Part shown: positions 40,643 through 64,000 of the stretch, piece after piece | Numbering within the stretch: the first letter of the stretch is position 1 | How the letters are laid out: each line of letters begins with the position of its first letter | Source of the DNA: Fimbriosthenelais zetlandica | Taxonomy: Eukaryota | Direction: 5' to 3' | Assembly: GCA_977030845.1 (NCBI GenBank) | Contig: OZ365112.1 | Span: 24,676,001-24,740,000 of the forward strand | Length of the DNA stretch: 64,000 nt | Notes under the pieces: generated by a model | What the model was told of the DNA's origin: nothing | Seen by the model: the letters and a program-made list of their open reading frames with translations, nothing else | Databases searched by the model: none | Translations under genes and position numbers: made by a program

Positions 40643-40816
40643 CTGGCGTATATGAGGGATGTCATCCAGCCATTTACCTGGCGATATTAACCTGGGATTG
40701 TCTGAATATTTGAAAGCATTCGGGTAACAACTCCCATAAGGTAATTTGCGTTTCAGGGAAGGATCACACGTGTCTGGGGGATCCCGACTTTCTGATTTGG
40801 ACGGTCCTTCAGCCAT
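40643..40816 (-). CDS. MLX: Possible additional upstream MLX coding exon (58 aa)
   Basis: aaatATGG context, 174 nt, CAG|gtgagc donor, phase 0 matching the ttatatag acceptor of exon 40047-40092 (EAMADSAYKEELFDP). Confidence 0.4.
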
Positions 40817-42718
40817 ATTTACCAATCCACTAATAATATGTTAAAGAGGTCCTCAGAAAATCACAGTATATCCATGGTTGCCAAATATCTAGAGACTCAA
40901 CTGATGTAACTTATGTATGTCCTTCTTTAGTATTATTCCACTTAAAAAGAGCCATGATGTTGGAGATATTACCCCTCTATTTGCAAAGTCCAACCTTATA
41001 TTAGTCCAACATAGAATCCTTCAATTCAAGCTATGTTTCAGTAATCCGGTTAGTACCAGTCTTCACAATGGAACGATGCAGAAAATTGTATCAGTTTTTC
41101 GACATTATCTTATCTTGTTTTTATCACGTTTTCACTCTGATCTCCTATAAAAGTTCTTACTTAACTATACATAGCCTGACAGGAATTTGCACATTCTTCC
41201 GACTTTCTCAGTTCTTGAATTCACTCTAAACTAAAACACGTAAATAGGTTGCTAAACAACTCCAACCGATTTATCCATCTGAAGATATCAAATGCCGACA
41301 TAGATACTGGCCTGACAATTGAGGACAAAGTCCAACCGTACAAGGAAAACAAGCTGAGTTTATCAAGTTCACAGACGAATCTAAGGCACTTTTTCACTTG
41401 GCAAGAAAAACAACTGGAAAGACAATGCGACAGAGCAATTGGATAATTTCCAGACCCCCCTTTTTAAGAAAGGAATTGCACTTAATTTATTTAAACCATT
41501 TAAATACTTTTCCTCGCCAAATCCCTCGACACCCTAAACATTGGCCTACTCCTGGGGCCTACTCCTTTTGACATTAAATAAAATTTAAATAAAAGAAAGG
41601 GAAAAAAAGATAAAGAGAGATAAAGGCCTACATTATGGTATGTAGTCTTAGATAGAGTATCCAGCTCTGGGTACCTTATAATCATTATTAACTTATATAG
41701 GGTCGTACATAGCATTGGGCTGGTACAATACTGCCTAGGTATGACATAGACATTATATACATTGTTACTTATGTTGGAGATATGCCGTAGCCATAGCCTA
41801 GTATGGGAATACCGGTAGGCCATGGTATTACTACCTGTATGGCTGTAATGATTAATTTATAGGACAAGTCGACACTACAGCTAAAAATATTGATGGTAAG
41901 AACAGTCCCTGTCCTTTGACAAAAAAAAAATTAATTTTGGTACTAGGGTAAGAACGAGGCTTATATGAAACAAATGACATTCAAGCATTATATCAACAGT
42001 TTTACATGTTTTGTGTGGCACCTCTCAATCCACCACTTGAATCTTTGACACTTGTCTGACCATGTGATATGTCACTGCATGCAGGTGTCATGCTTAATAT
42101 CCCTAAATGAATGAAGATTATGACGTGTGTAATGGCAAGGTCAGGCCTTTACGATCCCCTGCACACTCTGTAACGAACAATTTCTATATGACATGAGACA
42201 ATAAACTAAAAATCATCATACAAAGTTGGCCCTCTATCCTACTGACACTGTATGTCCTACCTCAATGTTATGGCTATGGACTGAGTATGGCCACTGGCAG
42301 ATAAGGGTAGGAAAGGATCAAATTCAACCGATATACAAAGATCATAGGCTTATTTTCGAAATCAGGATGAGAGAAGGATGATATCTGCTTGTCATCCCCT
42401 GGAAATAAATTATTGTATGTCAATAAAACTACGATTTTTCACAAAAATGAAGAAGATGAACTTGTACTTACCTAACCCAAAACAGAGGTAGCCTCAAACC
42501 AAAACACTTTATTACATTGATTATGTAAACGAAGCAATATCTTTGCTTTAATGTTTTTATGCATTATAAATTTAATTATTTCAATTTTAAGTATCAATTT
42601 ATCGGACAGAAATATCGTGATTGTACTTTTAAATGCGTTTATATCAAAAAAGGTTTTGAGACTATAGATGTGGTTCCGAGTTCCAGACCGAGGCTGTGAC
42701 CTACTTAGAAAATCCAAG

Positions 42719-54959
<12,241 letters not shown>

Positions 54960-56325
54960 TCTACGGAACTGCCCCACGTTATTCTGAATATACTCTTTGT
55001 ATTTAGATTGCAAATCCACATGACAGGACATGTCCTGCTCTGAACACACTATGGCGTAGAGTATACTAAACTGAGAATATCTTATCTGATCATGTACTCT
55101 TCGTGGGTAGATCCTAAGAGATCGTGACGGCATAAGACTTGTCTTACGTTGTCTGTAAGCAAGTCTTATGAGTGTCTCGAGGTGAAATGAACTGATAATA
55201 TTGTTATTTGAGGACCTCATTGGATCTACCCCATTGATTGTCTGTAAATGTTAACGTGCGTTAACTTAGCACCTGTCTATAACTGATTTGTACTGTATAA
55301 ATACTGTAGTCTAATACATCTAGATGATCCTTGTACCTGGTGATTGTTAATCAAAAAAGGTGTAATATCTTAATTAAGTTCTGATAAAAACCCCTGTATA
55401 TGGTGGTAATCAATTAAGGTTAAACAAACTTGATTAGTATTCTATTAATTAAGCTCATTTATCTGACATATCTGTATAGGTACGTTCTTGATACTTCAGG
55501 TTTAATGGGGCCTGGATTAGGGAAGACAATGCACTGAATTAGCCTATGGTTAACATTGGCGGACTTGGCTTGAATGTAAAAATTAATTATTTCGTTTCAC
55601 ATACGGTATATTGTAGTTCCATTGTACTATCTGTTCCAAACGCCAGAAATGTTGGAGCCAGTTGAACAATCTACTTACGCTACATCATATTCTTGCAATG
55701 ATAAAAAGATAAAGGTACAATTTGTGGTCATATCTACGCCATGGAAACCATTGAGAACTTTGTATTTTTTACAGTTGAAGTGCATTTCGCTATTTATAAA
55801 TATATACATGTATATAGGAAATCGTAAGTAGTTTTTGTATGCTGCATTGGCTTTATATGTCTTACCTCTTAAGAAACTATTATAAGGGGATTTCCATTTT
55901 AAGCGCTGTATAATATAATCTTTGTTGTAATTTGTGAATTGGGCAAGTGGAATATTTAATAATATTATATACCGGTACTGAAGGAATTGTTGCCAATAAT
56001 TACGAGTATGTGCTAAACTTTATCATTAACAATTGAAACAGGTTTGATTTTAAATAGCTAGTATAGGCGGAATACGTTATCAACTTGTACACATGTTTTT
56101 GTTAATGAAGAGTCAATAAATTCAAAGAAAATCCATTGTAACAGTAGAAGATTTGAGATTAATTGTGTATAATTCCTCTAATTAAATGCTGCTTTGAATA
56201 ATAAAATTTCAAAGTGATTTTGGATACAACCGAAACTTGCCTACCAATACTGTTTTGCTAGTTTCTACTTCTACAGTTGGCATTCTCGGGAAAGTCCCTG
56301 GAAATAGAAAACACTCCACATCCTA

Positions 56326-56326
<1 letters not shown>

Positions 56327-56356
<30 letters not shown>
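56327..56356. repeat. Poly(C) tract, 30 nt
   Basis: Direct read; explains the poly-Pro ORF 56237-56470. Confidence 0.95.
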
Positions 56357-58182
56357 ACTCCTCCCTCCCCAATCTCAAGACTGAAGGACAAATTTACTTC
56401 GAAGAGAGTGGCCCATTCCAAACTCGTTCCAGCTTTCATGCCCGACACTGTTCCAATCCGTATGAAATAGTCAATGAGATGCTTTGCTCTATACGGACAT
56501 TAAGAAATATGTATGTAAAAATGGTCAATTTACCTTGGTATTTATTCAAAAAGAAAGGTCAGACAAGGAAACTGAAAGACTTATGCTTTACATACAGACA
56601 TTATCTGAACTTCTGTATAGATGTATGAAGTTCAGGGGAAATAAGGCATGAAGCCTGATCTATGCCTGAAACATATTTATAAGCTCTTGCTAATCATATA
56701 ATTTTCAAATTGCATGAAACATTCCTGGTTGGATTTCGTGGTGGACGTGACTTGAAACACGAGTAATGGCTATAAATGGAACCCGGACACTGGTCTAAGT
56801 AAACTTGTCCACAGTAGGATTTTCCGCTCCCAACCCCAAGCGGCCACCAGTCGCCACTCCAATGACGCATCTCGGGAACTAAAGGGAATTTTGGATTTGT
56901 GCTGACCGTGAAGGCAGGAAAGGAAATCAGTTCCTTACTCCAAGCTGAAAGATACCTTGTAAGTAAACTTTTAAATAATTCTCCAATAGTTTCATTCTGT
57001 ACAACCGAATATGCAAGTTCAAGTTCATTTTACTTTCTAATTGTAGCCATGTTTTATAGGTTTTGCTAAATATATATGTGGATATAATATATTATTTCTT
57101 ACATATTTTCTTTTCTGCTAAGAATTAAGGAAATATTACTTGCGTAAAATGTACATAGATGGACAATAACTGGTGTGGGAATGAAAAAGTTACATGTAAT
57201 CAGACATTGAATTATTTCTCTTTTTTTCAGTTTTAAGCTCTGCGCTAATAACTTGACCCAGAATATATTTTATAGGCTACTGTACTTGCATACTTTAATC
57301 TTAGCTTATTTGTTTTACGTAAATGACCTTTAAGAAGGGATTAACCCACTTCAGAAACAGCTGTAAAAAATTGCATACACGTTGTGTCCCTGACTCTGAC
57401 CCAGCTGATACACTTTGGAAGGTAAAGGTTTTTTACTCCAGGCCAGTTTCGGTTCTTCTAGATCTCACATATTATTCAGAAGCGCTACAACGTGGCAATC
57501 GAAAAACTTACTGTGGTTTACAAGTTTCCTTTACAAGCGACATTTGTGTTATATTGACGTTTTATAACATTTTACATTCCTTTGTATTCCCCCGAATCCA
57601 ACCAACTGCATGGCGGGCTGGGGGTCAAAATGGGTCACAGCAAGGATATTTTTGTAACGTTTTAAGCTGTATCCTTTTATAGTACTGGTCCCTATTGTTT
57701 AGTGTCACATAGGCCTATTACATAACATTATCGTTATTATCGTTATTCTAAACCATGATAAAAGTCTAAATTAGCTGAGAATTATCAAGTCTGCCTCGAT
57801 AAAAAGTCTTAAGATGTTTGCAGAGCACTTTAATTTTCAGATTTTCATGAAACCTATATAGACCGGATCGAGTAAAGGACGCCGACTCATATCCTCATAA
57901 AAATTGTTTTTCATGTTATTTTTAAATTATCTTAGAACTCCTATGAGCACCATAAAATATCTCAGTAACAAGCGTGTGTAAAAAAAAATGAATATATTTG
58001 AATACATATATTCCACGTTTTGTGAGGTGTAGGCCTATGAATAGAAATAACTTAACACAAGCATCACCTGAATTCCCCTCCTATCACAATGTGGATGACT
58101 ACTAAAAAATATGAATTAAATTATGTTCTTTTTATATTGCAGCAACACAGTACATTAGAGAACTTCCTGGAAGGAAAAAGAA

Positions 58183-59577
58183 ATGTCTGTGCAGCAAGAA
58201 TCTGTGTCACGCCTGGCGCCTGTAGCGTCTCGTCTCACAGTGAGAGAGGCCCGGGCGGGTGATGTCGATGAAGTAGCATCTATCGACACTGGTTTACATG
58301 GGGGCCTCGACCAACTCCCTGCCCTCCTCATCTCTCACCTAAAAGATCCCAACCGGCGGGCCAGAGTCTGCTTATTAGATGACAAAATCGTGAGTAATGA
58401 ATTCCCCCCAAAATTACTGAAATGTTTAATTGTTTTGTTTTATTTATTTACAAAAATGTTTGACAAATTATTTTTAGATCGCTTTCCAAATGGCCCATGT
58501 TATCGACAATGGTACCACAGTCATACATCAGTCGTTGAGACTACAGCCGCACATGAGGGCCAAGGGCCTCTGGCCCATCATCCGAGCCAAACTCTCCCAA
58601 CCTCTCCCTGATTTTCCTCACATATCCAGAATGGCCCTCGCCACCGCTGTGAAAACTGTCTACCTGCGACGGATGTTGAAGCGCCCTAACACGTTAAACT
58701 ACGTTATGGAAAGGGTGAGATTTAAAAAAAGTTTACATGATGTGAATTAAAGAATCGTTGAGTTTTCGTTCCTAAACATAATACACAGCAATTAGGTCTA
58801 TATTACATATAGAAAAGGGTTCTCAGTACAAACGTTGAAGGATCTGAACACCACAAACATTTCTGCAGGGCAGTTACGGTTGTTCTCTTTTGCAGTTTTA
58901 TTGGACGTAAGCCCCATGCAAATGTCTCCATTCCAATTCACTCAATCGTGACTAACACTTATACCTCTCTTGTATATTTTCAGCCTACAGTCCGGATTAG
59001 ACCCACTGAAGCTGATATACGTAGGCTAGAAGTATACCCGCCTACAGCCAGTACTCATGAGCTGCTCACATGTGAGAAAGCCACCGCCGTCCTCCAGAAC
59101 AAACTCAACCAGTCCCTCTTATTCCCCCATGGCCGCGTCATACTTTCCTGGGAACCGTTCAGACTTATGTCAACTAATATACAGACCATTGTCCACCGCT
59201 ATCAAGGGATACATTCAATGTATGCGACCCCAGCAAGTAACAACGCTCAACTCGATTTAAAATCGACCACGGAAGGAAATGGAGAAGTGACATCTATATC
59301 ATTTGGATGCGCGTACCAGGTGCCCTCTGGGCTAAGGTATGACTTGGACTATTATGGACATGATGCGGACGATGCTTTAACCCATGTTTTGAGACATTTA
59401 CCACGTGCTTTAAATATTTTCGAAGGAGGAGAGTTGAGCGTTGAAGTATTTCTGCCAGTGGCTTTGGACAGGGAAGCTCTCCAGACGGCCGTTCGGGAGA
59501 AATTCCAACTGCGCTGTCTTTCAGAGGGTTTGACATTCTATCTGTTTGAAGGCCCGATGATGGCTGCGAAGTTGTGA
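58183..59577 (+). CDS. NAT16: NAT16/histidine N-acetyltransferase-like GNAT protein, 3 exons, 345 aa
   Basis: Exons 58183-58389, 58478-58714, 58984-59577 (1038 nt, phase 0 junctions). LHGGLDQLP, LKDPNR, VIDNGTTVIHQSLRLQPHMRAKGL resemble recalled NAT16 motifs (YGGLDYLP, LRDPDR, VIDAGETVLVEGLRVAPWERGKGV). One-to-one orthology not established. Confidence 0.75.
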
Positions 59578-59679
59578 TAAAAGATGCCATACGCAATATT
59601 ATGAAAATCGTTATTTTTTCCCATCTTTGGTTGAGGATTTAAATGAAGATGAAATCAAAAGTCTATTTCCTAAAACAAT

Positions 59680-59720
59680 CCCAAACCATCGGAAAGTTTC
59701 TGGTTCGAGTCCCGGTCGTC
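59680..59720 (+). pseudogene. tRNA/SINE-like 3' fragment with B-box
   Basis: GGTTCGAGTCC at 59702-59712 followed by cggtcg; no intact cloverleaf. Confidence 0.35.
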
Positions 59721-59759
59721 GTTGTCCTTTTTTGAGAGAGAAAATAAACTTCAAATCAA

Positions 59760-62700
59760 GCCTGAAATTTGCTCTCGTTGAATTACTACTGACGAAAAGG
59801 AGTATAATTACAAAGAGTGTTGTCTGAGAGAAAATACACTTCGATGCAGTCAAAATACAAAATATGAATAGATAGAATGTATATCAACCTGCATACATGG
59901 CGTCTGAGGCTAGGCAACTGCTGAATATTTTATAAAAGGGGCGGAAACCCTTTTTCCATAGAGTTAGCACTGAGCGATAGTTCACACTTATGCCGCGGGG
60001 TGCGTCGTGGTACGGTGCGCTTTCAGCTCACTCAGGAGCCATTTATGACATTAATTACAGTTCAATTAGGTCAAAATCAAACATGACAATAGATTAAAAG
60101 TGTATCTACTTTTTGACGTAGAGTCGGAGGTATACAAATGGCTAAATGTTTTATAAACGATGCCTGAAATTTGTTCTCGTTGGATTAGCACTGACGAAAA
60201 GGAGTATAATACAAAGGGTGTTGTCCGAGAGAAAATACACTTCGATGCAGTCAAAATACGAAATATGAATAGATAGAATGTATATCAACCTGCATACATG
60301 GCGTCTGAGGCTAGGCAACTGCTGAATATTTTATAAAAGGGGCGGAAACCCTTTTTCCATAGAGTTAGCACTGAGCGATAGTTCACACTTATGCCGCGGG
60401 GTGCGTCGTGGTACGGTGCGCTTTCAGCTCACTCAGGAGCCATTTATGACATTAATTACAGTTCAATTAGGTCAAAATCAAACATGACAATAGATTAAAA
60501 GTGTATCTACTTTTTGACGTAGAGTCGGAGGTATACAAATGGCTAAATGTTTTATAAACGATGCCTGAAATTTGTTCTCGTTGGATTAGCACTGACGAAA
60601 AGGAGTATAATACAAAGAGTGTTGTCCGAGAGAAAATACACTTCGATGGAGTCAAAATACGAAATATGAATAGATAGAATGTATATCAACCTGCATACAT
60701 GGCGTCTGAGGCTAGGCAACTGCTGAATATTTTATAATAGGGGCGGAAACCCTTTTTCCATAGAGTTAGCACTGAGCGATAGTTCACACTTATGCCGCGG
60801 GTTGCGTCGTGGTACGGTGCGCTATCAGCTCACTCAGGAGCCATTTATGACATTAATTACAGTTCAATTAGGTCAAAATCAAACATGACAATAAATTAAA
60901 AGTGTATCTACTTTTTGACGTAGAGTTGGAGGTATACAAATGGCTAAATGTTTTATAAACGATGCCTGAAATTTGTTCTCGTTGGATTAGCACTGACGAA
61001 AAGGAGTATAATACAAAGGGTGTTGTCCGAGAGAAAATACACTTCGATGCAGTCAAAATACGAAATATGAATAGATAGAATGTATATCAACCTGCATACA
61101 TGGCGTCTGAGGCTAGGCAACTGCTGAATATTTTATAATAGGGGCGGAAACCCTTTTTCCATAGAGTTAGCACTGAGCGATAGTTCACACTTATGCCGCG
61201 GGTTGCGTCGTGGTACGGTGCGCTATCAGCTCACTCAGGAGCCATTTATGACATTAATTACAGTTCAATTAGGTCAAAATCAAACATGACAATAGATTAA
61301 AAGTGTATCTACTTTTTGACGTAGAGTTGGAGGTATACAAATGGCTAAATGTTTTATAAACGATGCCTGAAATTTGTTCTCGTTGGATTAGCACTGACGA
61401 AAAGGAGTATAATACAAAGGGTGTTGTCCGAGAGAAAATACACTTCGATGCAGTCAAAATACGAAATATGAATAGATAGAATGTATATCAACCTGCATAC
61501 ATGGCGTTTGAGGCTAGGCAACTGCTGAATATTTTATAAAAGGGGCGGAAACCCTTTTTCCATAGAGTTAGCACTGAGCGATAGTTCACACTTATGCCGC
61601 GGGGTGCGTCGTGGTACGGTGCGCTTTCAGCTCACTCAGGAGCCATTTATGACATTAATTACAGTTCAATTAGGTCAAAATCAAACATGACAATAGATTA
61701 AAAGTGTATCTACTTTTTGACGTAGAGTCGGAGGTATACAAATGGCTAAATGTTTTATAAACGATGCCTGAAATTTGTTCTCGTTGGATTAGCACTGACG
61801 AAAAGAAGTATAATACAAAGGTTGTTGTCCAAGAGAAAATACACTTCGATGCAGTCAAAATACGAAATATGAATAGATAGAATGTATATCAACCTGCATA
61901 CATGGCGTCTGAGGTTAGGCAACTGCTGAATATTTGATAAAAGGGGCGAAAACCCTTTTTCCATAGAGTTAGCACTGAGCGATAGTTCACACTTATGCCG
62001 CGGCTGGCGTCGTGGTACGGTGCGCTATCAGCTCACTCAGGAGCCATTTATAACATTAATTACAGTTCAATTAGGTCAAAATCAAACATGACAATAGATT
62101 AAAAGTGTATCTACTTTTTGACGTAGAGTTGGAGGTATACAAATGGCTGAATGTTTTATAAACGATGCCTGAAATTTGTTCTCGTTGGATTAGCACTGAC
62201 GAAAAGGAGTATAATACAAAGGGTGTTGTCCGAGAGAAAATACACTTCGATGCAGTCAAAATACGAAATATGAATAGATAGAATGTATATCAACCTGCAT
62301 ACATGGCGTCTGAGGCTAGGCAACTGCTGAATATTTTATAATAGGGGCGGAAACCCTTTTTCCATAGAGCATAGAACTAGAAAGACTAGTTCTATGCATA
62401 GAGTTAGCACTGAGCGATAGTTCACACTTATGCCGCGGGGTGCGTCGTGGTACGGTGCGCTTTCTGCTCACTCAGGAGCCATTTATGACATTAATTACAG
62501 TTCAATTAGGTCAAAATCAAACATGACAATAGATTAAAAGTGTATCTACTTTTTGACGTAGAGTCGGAGGTATACAAATGGCTAAATGTTTTATAAACGA
62601 TGCCTGAAATTTGTTCTCGTTGGATTAGCACTGACGAAAAGGAGTATAATACAAAGGTTGTTGTCCAAGAGAAAATACACTTCGATGCAGTCAAAATACG

Positions 62701-64000
62701 AAATATGAATAGATAGAATGTATATCAACCTGCATACATGGCGTCTGAGGCTAGGCAACTGCTGAATATTTTATAAAAGCGGCGGAAACCCTTTTTCCAT
62801 AGAGTTAGCACTGAGCGATAGTTCACACTTATGCCGCGGGGTGCGTCGTGGTACGGTGCGCTTTCAGCTCACTCAGGAGCCATTTATGACATTAATTACA
62901 GTTCAATTAGGTCAAAATCAAACATGACAATAGATTAAAAGTGTATCTACTTTCTGACGTAGAGTTGGAGGTATACAAATGGCTAAATGTTTTATAAACG
63001 ATGCCTGAAATTTGTTCTCGTTGGATTAGCACTGACGAAAAGGAGTATAATACAAAGGTTGTTGTCCAAGAGAAAATACACTTCGATGCATTCAAAATAC
63101 GAAATATGAATAGATAGAATGTATATCAACCTGCATACATGGCGTCTGAGGCTAGGCAACTGCTGAATATTTTATAAAAGGGGCGGAAACCCTTTTTCCA
63201 TAGAGTTAGCACTGAGCGATAGTTCACACTTATGCCGCGGGTGCGTCGTGGTACGGTGCGCTTTCAGCTCACTCAGGAGCCATTTATGACATTAATTACA
63301 GTTCAATTAGGTCAAAATCAAACATGACAATAGATTAAAAGTGTATCTACTTTCTGACGTAGAGTTGGAGGTATACAAATGGCTAAATGTTTTATAAACG
63401 ATGCCTGAAATTTGTTCTCGTTGGATTAGCACTGACGAAAAGGAGTATAATACAAAGAGTGTTGTCCGAGAGAAAATACACTTCGATGGAGTCAAAATAC
63501 TAAATATGAATAGATAGAATTTATATCAACCTGCATACATGGCGTCTGAGGCTAGGCAACTGCTGAATATTTTATAATAGGGGCGGAAACCCTTTTTCCA
63601 TAGAGTTAGCACTGAGCGATAGTTCACACTTATGCCGCGGGGTGCGTCGTGGTACGGTGCGCTATCAGCTCACTCAGGAGCCATTTATAACATTAATTAC
63701 AGTTCAATTAGGTCAAAATCAAACATGACAATAGATTAAAAGTGTATCTACTTTTTGACGTAGAGTTGGAGGTATACAAATGGCTAAATGTTTTATAAAC
63801 GATGCCTGAAATTTGTTCTCGTTGGATTAGCACTGACGAAAAGGAGTATAATACAAAGAGTGTTGTCCGAGAGAAAATACACTTCGATGGAGTCAAAATA
63901 CGAAATATGAATAGATAGAATGTATATCAACCTGCATACATGGCGTCTGAGGCTAGGCAACTGCTGAATATTTTATAAAAGGGGCGGAAACCCTTTTTCC
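59760..64000. repeat. Highly homogeneous ~401-bp tandem (satellite) array, over 10 copies, truncated by window end
   Basis: Recurrent 62-aa ORF anchors at 60066, 60467, 60868, 61269, 61670, 62071, 62506, 62907, 63307, 63708 give periods 401,401,401,401,401,435,401,400,401. Confidence 0.98.
62370..62396. mobile_element. 27-bp palindromic insertion CATAGAACTAG-AAAGA-CTAGTTCTATG with 7-bp TSD CATAGAG
   Basis: catagag (62363-62369) insert catagag (62397-62403); sister units carry one catagag; 27+7=34 bp explains the single 435-bp unit exactly. Confidence 0.85.

Noticed and set aside
56237-56470. Poly-proline ORF
   Set aside because: Caused by the 30-nt poly(C) tract.
57325-58040. Possible TTAA-flanked transposon upstream of the GNAT coding exons
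   Set aside because: No matching terminal inverted repeat could be identified by eye.
59985-60045. Intact tRNA, 5S, snRNA or SL RNA gene in the satellite monomer
   Set aside because: No anticodon stem pairing, no T-loop/B-box within the monomer, no recognisable snRNA 5' end or canonical Sm site.
60066-63896. Ten near-identical 62-aa ORFs (MTASKCIFSR...)
   Set aside because: By-products of the satellite with TTG/CTG-type starts and no recognisable domain.

Overview
AT-rich, intron-rich metazoan genomic DNA, probably a marine invertebrate bilaterian (lineage not determinable from sequence). Six multi-exon genes were reconstructed by hand from GT-AG boundaries and reading-frame phase: USP22 (-, 19394-23851) head-to-head with DHRS7B (+, 25318-27023); PDSS1 (-, 28190-31031; one 5' junction unresolved); MLX (-, 35040-40086) divergent from an Abl-interactor gene (+, 42719-54959); and a NAT16/histidine N-acetyltransferase-like GNAT (+, 58183-59577). 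A ~401-bp tandem array runs from ~59760 off the right edge. The first ~19 kb has no confident CDS, only repeats, a piggyBac-type MITE and possible non-coding exons. Main candidates for novelty: (1) a frame-preserving 507-nt acidic, activation-domain-like exon inside MLX intron sequence, directly upstream of the bHLH-Zip exons; (2) two independent 15-27 bp CATAG...CTATG hairpin insertions with exact 7-bp target-site duplications; (3) a ~1.8-kb foldback-like palindrome of 63-bp hairpin units upstream of PDSS1; (4) duplicated proline-rich alternative ABI exons, one possibly giving an SH3-less isoform. No database searches were run; gene identities and human synteny statements rest on recalled family motifs and established knowledge.
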